This document shows positions 15,792 through 24,000 of a DNA stretch of 24,000 nucleotides, piece by piece. The notes under the pieces were generated by a model. The model was not told the DNA's origin. It did no database searches and saw nothing but the letters and a program-made list of their open reading frames with translations. Source of the DNA: an uncultured Alphaproteobacteria bacterium (GTDB lineage Bacteria; Pseudomonadota; Alphaproteobacteria; Rhodospirillales; Defluviicoccaceae); contig CAVYYK010000040.1 in NCBI GenBank assembly GCA_963772635.1, forward strand, positions 8,169-32,168. The letters are read 5' to 3'. Position 1 is the stretch's first letter; each line of letters starts with the position of its first letter. The translations under genes and the position numbers were made by a program.

Positions 15792-17949
15792 ATGCAAGAG
15801 CGACCAGGATCAACCATGAACGGCACGCTCCTCGCCGAGGCCGTCCGCGTGTACGAGGAAGGAAGGGGCGCGATTCTCGATGAGCCGGAGGCGGATGCCC
15901 TCGGGCGAGCGGCGGGCGGCGATCTGGAGCGGAAGATCATTGCGCGGGCGAGAGCGCTGTCGCTCGCGCCGACCCTCGAGGCGGCGCTGCGCCGCCTGCG
16001 GACGGCGACCGCGGCCGGTTTCGGGATCGCCGTTATCGTTGCATTGGGGGCCGGCGCCGGGGCCGCGGGAGCGTTCTTCGGATCGTCCTCGGACGGTCCC
16101 GTCAACTTCTTCCAGGTGCTTGCCGGTCTCCTCGGCATCCCCACGTTGGCGCTTCTGGGGTGGATCCTGTTCGTGCTCGTTCGGCCTGGAGGTGCGGCGA
16201 TCGGCGTTCTCGGCAACGCCGTTCTGGCGCTCGGCGAACGGTTGACCCGCTGGATCCATCATGGTCCGCTGACCCTGATCGTTGCCCGGGCGTCGCGGTC
16301 GATGTTCGCCGGCGGTGGCCTCGGCCGCTGGACGGTCGGCGCGATCAGCAACGCCCTGTGGCTGGCGTATGCTCTCGGCGCGCTGGCGCTGGTGCTGTTC
16401 TACTTGAGCACCAGGGAGGTCTCCTTCGCCTGGGAAACGACAATCCTCTCCGAACGCCACTACGTGACCCTGACCCGCACCATCGCTTTTGTTCCCTCGC
16501 TCCTCGGATTTCCGACGCCGGGAGCCGCCGATGTTGCCGCGAGCCAGCGGATTGGCGATGTCTTTTCCGGCGAAGGCGCCCGCGGCGCGTGGGCCGGGCT
16601 TCTCATCGGCAGCCTGGTCGTCTATGGCGTCCTGCCGCGCGCCCTGCTTTTCGGATTGTGTCTGTTGGCCATGCGACGGGCGATCGGACGCCACCGCCTC
16701 GACGTGAGCCTCCCCGGCTACGCGCGCTTGCGTCCGCTTCTCTCGCCTGCATCCCGACCAACAGGTGTGGTCGATGCGGAACGGTCCGATCCGCTCGGCG
16801 AAAACGGTCGGTTGCAACAGCCAATCAGCCATCGGGACCGAAGGACCGGTGGCGCTGATCGGGCTCGAGATCGACCCGCCGGTGAGTCATTGGCCACCGG
16901 CGGTGCGAGGGGTCGAATGGCTGGACCTCGGTTTTATCGACGATCGGTCGAGCCGGCACCGGGTCGTCGATCAAGTGCGTCTCGCGGTGATCCCTCCGCG
17001 GGCGGTCGCCGTGGTATGCGCTCTCGAGCAGACGCCCGATCGAGGCCATCGCTCCTTTCTCGACGATTTTCAACGATCGACCGGAGTTCCCGCGGTCCTC
17101 CTCCTGAGCGGCGGCCAGAGGCTCCGCGCACGCGGGCGTCTCGAGCACGTCGCGGAACGCGTCGACGACTGGCGGCGCATGGCCGCTGCCGCCGGCATTC
17201 CGGAGAACCGGGTGATGGAAATCGATCTCGATCACCTGACCGAGGTCAGCCACGATCGACTCGCCCGATGGTTCGGCGCGGAGGCGCGCGCGGCGGAAAA
17301 GGCGCCGCCGATCGAGCGCGCCTTCGCGCTCGTCGTTGAACACGCAGGTCGTTGGCGGGGGCCGCCGGGAAACCCCGAACAGGCCGAGCTTCACCGGGAA
17401 ATAGCCCGGATCCATGGATCCGAATCTGTCCAATGGCGGGATTTGCTGCGGGTGCCCGTTGGCCGCGGCCTGCCCGAAGCGGATCGGTTCAGGGTGGGCG
17501 CCGAGGGCATGCTGGGGTTGTTGCCGGCGCGGTTGAAAAAGAGTGGGCGCTGGATTGCCGTCGGCGCCCTCGCCGGCGCCCTCGGTTGCGTCGCCGCGGC
17601 GACTCTGGCGGCGCCGGCCGCGATCGCGGCGCTACCGGCATGGGCGGGACTGGGCGCGGGTGTTGCCGCCGCTCTCAGGTGGGCGGGCGCGTCCGATCGT
17701 GCGGAAACGCGTGCGGAAACGTCAGAGGGCGAGGACCTCTCCCAAGCGGTCGCCGCGGCGGCGCTGTTTGCGCTGGTGCTGCATCTGCAGGGGCGGGACG
17801 AGGCGGCGATCACCCAAGTCCTCGACGAAGTGCTGGAAGAGGGGGACCCCCCGGTCATGCGCGACGCCGAAGAGGCGCGAGCGTGGCTGGACACGGTCGC
17901 CCGGCGCCTCGGGCTGGCATTGTCATCTCGGAGGCCCGTGGCCCAATGA
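15792..17949 (+). pseudogene. DUF2868-like polytopic membrane protein with an extra C-terminal region of about 200 aa. The reading frame shifts by one base somewhere in 16708-16850.
   Basis: Frame 1 carries LLAEAVRVYEE..., several TM segments, WETTILSE and LDVSLPGYARLRPLL. Frame 2 continues with VALIGLEIDPPVSHWPP...VVCALEQTPDRG...VDDWRRMAAAAGIP, then a Gly/Ala-rich TM-like stretch. Both halves match my recollection of one DUF2868 protein. The start could be 15786 (TTG), 15792 or 15816. Confidence 0.6.
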
Positions 17950-19373
17950 GCAATATCCTCCCTCTGCCGGTGCTGAAGGTGGCTGTAGTCGGGCATACCA
18001 ACACCGGGAAGACCTCGTTGCTGCGCACGTTGACGCAGGACGTTTCGTTCGGCGAGGTCTCCGATCATCCCGGCACGACCCGCCACGTCGAAGGAACGGC
18101 GTTGCTGGTGGACGGCGCACCCCTGATCGAACTGTATGACACGCCCGGCCTGGAGGACTCCATCGGTCTCCTGGAACACTTGGATCAGCGGCGGAGCGAC
18201 CGACGCACCGACTGGATCGACGTGATCCAAGACTTCCTCGCAAGCGCGGAGGCAGCCGGCCGTTTCGAGCAGGAAGCGAAGGCGCTTCGACAGGTGCTGG
18301 CGAGCAACGTCGCGCTCTACGTGATCGACGCCCGCGACCGGGTGCTCGGCAAGCACAGGGACGAATTGGAGATCCTCGGGCGCTGCGCCCGTCCCGTTGT
18401 TCCGGTGCTCAACTTCGTCGTCGGCCCCGGCGCGCAGACGGAGGCGTGGCGCCAGCACCTCACCCGGGTCAACATGCATGCGGTGGCCGAGTTCGATACG
18501 GTCGTGCTCAACGAAACCAGCGAGCAGCGACTGTTCGAGAAAATGCTGACGCTGGTCGAGGACTACCGCCCGACCTTGGAAGTGCTGATCGCCGATCGCC
18601 GTCGCCGCCGCGCGGATCTGATCCGAGCCTCGGCGAATGTGATCGCCGACATGCTCGTCGACGTTGCAGCGTTGACGCTGACGGTCGGCGTGTCGGATGA
18701 CCAGGTCGCGGCGATGGCAAGGCTGGAGCAGGCGGTCCGCGATCGTGAACAGGTGTGCGTCGACGATCTGTTGGCTTTGTTTCGATTTCGCCACGACGAC
18801 TACGAGGCAGATGTCGTTCCCGTCGAGGACGGACAGTGGGGCGTCGATTTGTTCGGCCCGGCGTCGCTCAAGCAGTTCGGGGTCCACGCGGGAGGGGGCG
18901 CCGCGGCCGGGGGACTCACCGGTCTGGCGATCGACGCGATGCTCGGTGGCCTGTCGCTGGGCGCGGCCGCGGCGATCGGCGCGACCATCGGTGCGATGTG
19001 GGGGAGCGTCGAGTCCCACGGCCGCTGGCTCGCCGACGTTGTCCGTGGTTACACTCGGCTCTCCGCGACGGACGAGACATTGCGGCTCTTGACGATCCGG
19101 GAGCTCGAGTTGGTGCGGGCGCTACTTCGCCGGGGGCATGCGAGCCAGGACAAGATCCGCCTTGCGGCCCGGGCCGAAAAGAGCCGTGCCGACTGGGCGA
19201 GACGCGCCCTGCCGGAGGCTCTGGATGAAGCCCGACTGCATCCGGATTGGTCCCGTCTAAACAAGTCGGATCGAGAAAACGCAGCGTTCGACAAGCGGCG
19301 CGAAGGGGCTCGGAACGCGCTGTCGGCGGTCCTCGAAAGCGACTTGGCCTCGGCCGCGATTACCGCTGGGTGA
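17946..19373 (+). CDS. GTPase / DUF3482 domain-containing protein
   Basis: The ATG at 17946 overlaps the upstream TGA (ATGA). The P-loop reads VVGHTNTGKTS and the G3 motif is YDTPGLED. A C-terminal Gly/Ala-rich membrane-like segment reads GGLTGLAIDAMLGGLSLGAAAAIGATIGAMWG. In other genomes this family is typically paired with DUF2868, as I remember it. Confidence 0.75.
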   Translation: MSNILPLPVLKVAVVGHTNTGKTSLLRTLTQDVSFGEVSDHPGTTRHVEGTALLVDGAPLIELYDTPGLEDSIGLLEHLDQRRSDRRTDWIDVIQDFLASAEAAGRFEQEAKALRQVLASNVALYVIDARDRVLGKHRDELEILGRCARPVVPVLNFVVGPGAQTEAWRQHLTRVNMHAVAEFDTVVLNETSEQRLFEKMLTLVEDYRPTLEVLIADRRRRRADLIRASANVIADMLVDVAALTLTVGVSDDQVAAMARLEQAVRDREQVCVDDLLALFRFRHDDYEADVVPVEDGQWGVDLFGPASLKQFGVHAGGGAAAGGLTGLAIDAMLGGLSLGAAAAIGATIGAMWGSVESHGRWLADVVRGYTRLSATDETLRLLTIRELELVRALLRRGHASQDKIRLAARAEKSRADWARRALPEALDEARLHPDWSRLNKSDRENAAFDKRREGARNALSAVLESDLASAAITAG

Positions 19374-20575
19374 GCTTGAGCTCGATGCGGCGGTTGCGGC
19401 GGTAGGCGATTTCGTCGTCGCGGTCGTCGAGCGGGTAGAACTCGGCGAAGCCGGCGGCGGAGAGGCGCCGGGGCGGGATGCCCTGGTCGAGCAGTACCCT
19501 GACCACCGAAATCGCCCGCGCCGTCGACAGCTCCCAGTTCGACGGGAACTCGGCGGTGAAGATCGGCCGCTTGTCGGTGTGGCCGTCGACCTGCAACACC
19601 CAGTCGATATTGGCGGGAAACTTGGGCGGCCGCCGTCTTCAAGGTCTCGGCCACCTGGACGATCTGCTTGCGGCCCTCTTCGCCCAGTTCGGCCGAACCG
19701 GAGGCGAACAGGACCTCCGACTGGAAAACGAAGCGGTCGCCGACGATGCGGATGCCGGGCTGATTGCCGAGCACCTCGCGCAGTTTGCCGAAGAACTCGG
19801 AGCGGTAGCGCGTCAGTTCCTGGACCTTGCTCGCCAACGCCGTGTTCAGCCGGTTGCCGAGAGAAACGATTTGCGCCTTTTGCTCCGCGTCCTTCTTCTC
19901 CGACGCGTCCAGCGCGGCATTGAGCCTCGCGATCTCCTCGCGCAGCACCGCCGTCTGCTGGTTCAGCAGCGCCAGCTGGGCGCGGGCGCTTTCCGAGAGG
20001 TCGCGCTCTTTTATGAGCGCCGATTCGGTCTTCTCGCGGGACGTCTCCGCCGCGTCGACCTTGACCGCCAGCGCCGCGGCCTCGCGCTCCAGTTCTTCCT
20101 TCAGTGCCTTCAAGGCAGCGACGTCGCGGGACAGCCGCGCAAGGTCGCGGATCTGGGTCTCGACGGTCTCGCGATCGGCCTTGATCGTCTCGAAGGCCTT
20201 CTCCAGCGCCCGGTTCAGGTCCTCGACCCGGCTCTCGGCATTCACCGCCCGGTCGTTGAGAGCCCGCATCGTCGCCGAGAGGTCGTCGTTCCCGGTCACC
20301 GACGCCTGCAATTCCGCCGAAAGCTGGTCGATGTTGAGGGTCAGATTCTCGTTAGCTCTGCGTTCGAGGGCCAGCAATCCGGCCAGCTCGTCCACCTGGC
20401 CCTGTAGCCGGCGGAGCGCCGTGTCGCGTCCGGAAAGGGCCTCGGAAAGGAAGAACTGGGCGAGGACGAACACCAGGAGCAGGAAGATGATGACCATCAA
20501 CAGGGTGGCCAGGGCGTCGACGAAGCCCGGCCAAGTGTTGGCGTTGACGCGCTCCCGGCGGGTGAGGGTGGCCAT
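19360..20575 (-). pseudogene. MotB/OmpA-type peptidoglycan-anchored protein with a coiled coil of about 215 aa, frameshifted by one extra base in the GGG run at 19624-19626
   Basis: The N-terminal MotB-plug-like TM reads TWPGFVDALATLLMVIIFLLLVF and contains an Asp. A long heptad-rich region follows. After ...VAETLKTAAA the reading continues in another frame as KFPANIDWVLQVDGHTDKRPI...NWELSTARAISVVRVL...RRNRRIELKL (OmpA_C-like). The span is 1216 nt, which is 3n+1. Confidence 0.75.
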
Positions 20576-20595
20576 GGCTGCGGTCTCTTGCCCCG

Positions 20596-21744
20596 CTAGC
20601 CTTCCGGTTCCTCGGCGAGCGCCGCGATGGTGCGTGCGAGCAGCTTGATGTCGGTCCGCATCTCCTGAATGATCTCCTCGCGGCCGGCGTTCATCTCCTC
20701 GATCAGCCGCGCCACGTAGACCTCCAGGTTGCGGATGTGCATCCGGGTGGCGTCATCGAAGCCGGCGCTTTTCGCCTGGCCGACGCTGTCGGCGAGGCGG
20801 CCGAGGATCGGCTTGAGGTCGGTCTGTCCCTCCGCCAGCTTGAGCATCACGGATTGCTCGGTTCGCATCTGGTCGGTGAGGGTGTGGATCATCTCGCCCA
20901 ACTGAATCAGGTTGGACTGGGTGGCGACCCGGCTTTCCTCGCCACGGGCCAACGTCCGCTGGAGGTTTTCGAGGCTTTCCGCCGTCTGTTCCAGCAACGC
21001 CTGAACGTAGATTGGAATCGGCTGATCGCCTTCTCCCGACAGGGCGCCGCTCGACAACCGCGTCGCCCCCGAAAGCCATTCCTCGAGGTCGTTGTAAAAG
21101 CGGTTCTGCGCCTGGCCGAGCTGCAAGTCGAGGAAACCCAGCACCAGCGAGCCGCTGAGACCGAACAACGACGAGGAGAAGGCGGTGCCCATCCCGGAGA
21201 GCGGCGCTTCCAAGCCCCGCTTCAGGTCGCCGAATACTCCGGTCAGGTCGCGGCTCTCCACCGATAGGCCGCTGATGACGTCGCCGATCGATCCGATCGT
21301 CTGCAACAGGCCCCAGAAGGTCCCGAGAAGTCCGAGAAAGATCAAGAGGCCGATGGTGTAGCGGGACAAGTCCCGGGATTCGTCGAGCCTCGAAGAGATG
21401 CCGTCGAGCAATGCCCGCGTCGCCATCGCCGAAAGCGACAGCCGCCCCTTGCGCTCGCCGAGCATCATCGCCATCGATGCCAGCAGCTTCGGCGGCTTGG
21501 TGTCGAACAGGGGCGAGCCCTCGCCGCGGAAACCCTCGATCCAGGTCACCTCGGGCCCAAGCATGATGACCTGGCGGAAACTGTAGAGGATGCCCAGCAC
21601 CAGCACGCCGAGGATCAACCCGTTGAGTGGCGCACTGGCCATGAAGGCATGACTCAGCGGACCAGCGAGCAGCACGACGATGACGACGACCGCAACGACG
21701 AACACTGCCATGCGGACCAGGAAACGTCGCGGCCGTGTCATCAC
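20596..21744 (-). CDS. MotA/TolQ/ExbB proton-channel family protein with a C-terminal coiled-coil tail of about 170 aa
   Basis: I read four predicted TM segments, with a loop of about 70 aa between TM2 and TM3. The channel-type motifs are LLIFLGLLGTFWGLLQTI and GMGTAFSSSLFGLSGSLVLGFLDL. The C-terminal part is heptad-rich (LLEQTAESLENLQRTL ... IRNLEVYVARLIEEMN). Confidence 0.75.
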   Translation of the reverse strand: MMTRPRRFLVRMAVFVVAVVVIVVLLAGPLSHAFMASAPLNGLILGVLVLGILYSFRQVIMLGPEVTWIEGFRGEGSPLFDTKPPKLLASMAMMLGERKGRLSLSAMATRALLDGISSRLDESRDLSRYTIGLLIFLGLLGTFWGLLQTIGSIGDVISGLSVESRDLTGVFGDLKRGLEAPLSGMGTAFSSSLFGLSGSLVLGFLDLQLGQAQNRFYNDLEEWLSGATRLSSGALSGEGDQPIPIYVQALLEQTAESLENLQRTLARGEESRVATQSNLIQLGEMIHTLTDQMRTEQSVMLKLAEGQTDLKPILGRLADSVGQAKSAGFDDATRMHIRNLEVYVARLIEEMNAGREEIIQEMRTDIKLLARTIAALAEEPEG

Positions 21745-21791
21745 GGTGGGGTTTCTCCAGTCAGGGTCTCAGGGAGTCTTGCCGGCAGGCA

Positions 21792-23111
21792 TTATCGCTC
21801 CACGACCTTGACGTCAACCCGGTCCGGCGAGCCGGAGGCAGTCTTGTTGCCGAGCGCACGCACGTCGATGCGGCTGGTTTTGATCCCGCTTTCGATCAGA
21901 TACGAGCGCACCGCCAGCGCCCGCGACAGCGAAATCCGGCGTGCTTTGCTCGGCGAAGCGCCTTCATCGCCTGCGTAGGCCAGGAGTTGTACCCGAAGCT
22001 TCTCCGAGGACCTTAGATCCTTGGCGAGGCCCTCGAGTTGCTCCTGGGCGGATTTCCCCAGCTCCGTCTCTCCCGCCGGGAACGGGATCTGCAGGGCTCT
22101 ACCCGGCGCGCCCAAAGCGCCTTCCGGCGGCAGCGACGCCTGTTCGGTTTTCGTCACCGACGGCGGCGGCGGCGCCTTTGCCGCCGATTCCGGAAGCGGA
22201 GCCTCCGTTGTCCTCGCAATCGGCGGCAGCGGCGGCGGCGTGCCCCTTTCGGCGGTGTCCTCGGGACGAGTCCGGGCCGTGTCGGCTTCGGGCGGTGGCG
22301 GCGATAACCTGTTGGCGGCGGTCAAGGCAGACGCCGCCTGGGACGTCACGGTCGCGGGTGCGGGAAGCGACGGTGGTGTTGTCGCGGCGGTTTCCGCCGG
22401 CGGGGTTTCGGCCACATTCGGCGCGGGCGGCGAAGCCTGGTCGGCGGACGAGGCCTCCCGAGATGCCATTTTCGTCGATGACATCGGGGTCGCCTCGACC
22501 GGTTTCGAGCTCGCAGGCTCCGAGCTCGCAGGTTCGGCAATCGGCATCGAGACCGTCGGCGCCCCGGCCCGTTGCGTCCACTCGGGCGGCGGCGGCGGCA
22601 TTGTCGCCGGGGTTCCGAGCGATTCGGTCGGTGTCGTCAGCGGCGCTATCATCGCCCCTGTTCTCGACGGAGCGGTGACCGGCCGCGGCACCCGCGCGAC
22701 CTCGATCGTCAGCGATCTCGGCGTCGTCACCACCCGGGTCTCGGGGCGGGGAAGGAACAAAGTCATCCGGTTTCGCGCCCCCGGCGGCGGCGTGAGGGAC
22801 GGGGCCGGAGCCGTCATCGGCACAGGCGTTGGGGCGAGCATTCGCGAAACCGGCGGCCTGCTCCCGGGCATCGCCAGACCGGAACTGCGGCCGGCCGCAT
22901 TCGGGGACGGGCCGAGACCATCATCATCGATCACGCTGAGATCGACGATCACGTTGGAACGGGGATCGGTAGTGGTTTGCGCCCGAACCGCACCGGGAAC
23001 AAGCCCGGCCGAAGCAACGACGGCGATCAGCGTCAGGGCAAGATCGATGCGATACGAACATCGCGATACGGGCATCGATACCAAACTTGCTTCCAAACGA
23101 GGAAATTTCAT
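21792..23111 (-). CDS. OmpA family protein with a signal peptide and a long Pro/Ala/Thr-rich spacer
   Basis: The C-terminal OmpA-like domain reads FPAGETELGKSAQEQL...RVQLLAYAGDEGASPSKARRISLSRALAVRSYLIESGI. The N-terminal hydrophobic segment is LALTLIAVVASAGLVPGAVRAQ. The start is uncertain among 23147, 23111 and 23075. Confidence 0.7.
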   Translation of the reverse strand: MKFPRLEASLVSMPVSRCSYRIDLALTLIAVVASAGLVPGAVRAQTTTDPRSNVIVDLSVIDDDGLGPSPNAAGRSSGLAMPGSRPPVSRMLAPTPVPMTAPAPSLTPPPGARNRMTLFLPRPETRVVTTPRSLTIEVARVPRPVTAPSRTGAMIAPLTTPTESLGTPATMPPPPPEWTQRAGAPTVSMPIAEPASSEPASSKPVEATPMSSTKMASREASSADQASPPAPNVAETPPAETAATTPPSLPAPATVTSQAASALTAANRLSPPPPEADTARTRPEDTAERGTPPPLPPIARTTEAPLPESAAKAPPPPSVTKTEQASLPPEGALGAPGRALQIPFPAGETELGKSAQEQLEGLAKDLRSSEKLRVQLLAYAGDEGASPSKARRISLSRALAVRSYLIESGIKTSRIDVRALGNKTASGSPDRVDVKVVER

Positions 23112-23197
23112 GCTCACCAGAATAACCAAGCGGCGGCCATAGTACAACAGATTTAAGCTCCGTCGGGAATTTGGTCCAACTTTATGCTCTTTTACCT

Positions 23198-24000
23198 TTA
23201 GTTTACCTTTTCAGTTCTATCCGCCACTTGTCCTATCGCCGGCTCTTGAAGCAGTCGAACCAAGAAACCGTGAAGCTCGCTGTTGGCGGCGAGAATGCCG
23301 CCGCCGGCCAACATCCGGTTGCCGCCCGAGATGTCCGAGACGAAACCACCCGCTTCGCGGACCAGGACGATTCCCGCTGCCACGTCCCATGGGTTGAGCC
23401 CGTTTTCCCAGTAGCCATCGTAGCGGCCGGCGGCGACGTAAGCGAGATCCAGCGCCGCGGAGCCGAATTGCCGGACTCCCGCGGATATCGCCATCACCGC
23501 CTCCAGTTGACGCACGAACAGGTCGTGGTCGGGGATGCCCTTGAACGGAATGCCGGTGGCGAAGATCGCGTCATCGACCCGCCTGCGGGCCGATACGCGC
23601 AATCGGCGGCCGTTCAGGTAGGCTCCCAAGCCCTTCTCGGCAACGAACATTTCGTCGTGGATGGGGGAGTAGATGACGCCGGCGAACGGATCGCCGTCGC
23701 GCTCCAGCGCAATGGAAATGCAAAAGTGGGGGATTCCGTGGAGAAAATTGGTCGTCCCGTCCAGCGGATCGATGACCCAGCGGTTTGAGGTGTCGGTGCC
23801 GGCGACGGCGCCGCTTTCCTCCATCAACAGGCCGTAGGCGGGCCGCGCCTTCATCAGTTCGCCGCGCAGCACCGATTCGGCCTTCATGTCGGCCTTGCTG
23901 ACAAAATCGGCCGGACCTTTTCTCGAGACTTGAAGATGCTCCAACTCGCCGAGGTCGCGGACCAGCCCCCGTGCCGCCTTTTGGGCGGCGGCGGTCATCA
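23198..24000 (-). CDS. suhB: Inositol monophosphatase family protein (SuhB-like). The 5' end probably lies just beyond the window.
   Basis: Motifs are WVIDPLDGTTNFLHG, FGSAALDLAYVAAGRYDGYWE and PWDVAAG. The frame is open to the window edge, and homologues as I remember them have about 8-10 more N-terminal residues. Confidence 0.85.
   Translation of the reverse strand, partial: MTAAAQKAARGLVRDLGELEHLQVSRKGPADFVSKADMKAESVLRGELMKARPAYGLLMEESGAVAGTDTSNRWVIDPLDGTTNFLHGIPHFCISIALERDGDPFAGVIYSPIHDEMFVAEKGLGAYLNGRRLRVSARRRVDDAIFATGIPFKGIPDHDLFVRQLEAVMAISAGVRQFGSAALDLAYVAAGRYDGYWENGLNPWDVAAGIVLVREAGGFVSDISGGNRMLAGGGILAANSELHGFLVRLLQEPAIGQVADRTEKVN

Noticed and set aside
22100-22900. The Pro/Ala/Thr-rich region of the OmpA protein looked like a possible tandem DNA repeat or contingency locus.
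   Set aside because: It is compositionally biased, but I could not find a repeating DNA unit. It reads as a low-complexity periplasmic spacer.
1-24000. I searched for CRISPR arrays, rRNA or tRNA genes, IS elements, integrases and recombinases.
   Set aside because: I recognised none on either strand. The only repeat structure found is the thioesterase 3'-end duplication reported above.

Overview
This is a high-GC chromosomal segment, probably from an alphaproteobacterium. That taxon call is an inference from the gene content: DUF1013/TrcR-like, DUF1192, DUF3775, a Cys-less L31 and CyaY. I support about 27 real genes. Most other long ORFs in the track are antisense or off-frame artefacts of the GC content.

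- **1-7.25 kb:** ordinary metabolic and housekeeping genes. These are an ALDH7-type dehydrogenase (5' truncated by the window), DUF3775, an HCCA-isomerase-like protein, an MFS transporter, a TrcR-like protein, a quinone oxidoreductase, DUF1192, an alpha/beta hydrolase and a hotdog thioesterase.
- **5.78-5.96 kb:** an AT-rich promoter-like patch followed by a candidate sRNA of about 110 nt. It carries a single-stranded CCUCCUCCC motif and a clean intrinsic terminator.
- **7.25-10.15 kb:** a decaying accessory patch.
  - A lower-GC two-gene cassette (76-aa protein plus a 9-Cys 131-aa protein) has its own near-consensus promoter and an AT palindrome. It is bracketed by two diverged copies of the thioesterase 3' end.
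  - The patch also holds a truncated-hemoglobin pseudogene, a secreted Cys/His protein, an ORF interrupted by a stop codon, and a frameshifted larA.
- **11.6-15.6 kb:** rpmE, cyaY, an MFS transporter, a DJ-1/PfpI protein, a small secreted ORF and an FAD-linked oxidase with a large in-frame internal deletion.
- **15.8-23.1 kb:** the two most interesting loci.
  - A translationally coupled DUF2868 membrane protein plus GTPase/DUF3482 pair.
  - Convergent to it, a three-gene operon: a Pro-rich OmpA protein, a MotA/ExbB-type channel with a coiled-coil tail, and a MotB-type anchor with a coiled coil of about 215 aa.
- **Window end:** suhB, 5' truncated by the window.

Three genes carry single-base frameshifts, two of them visibly in G/C runs. 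I saw no rRNA, tRNA, CRISPR array, transposase or integrase.
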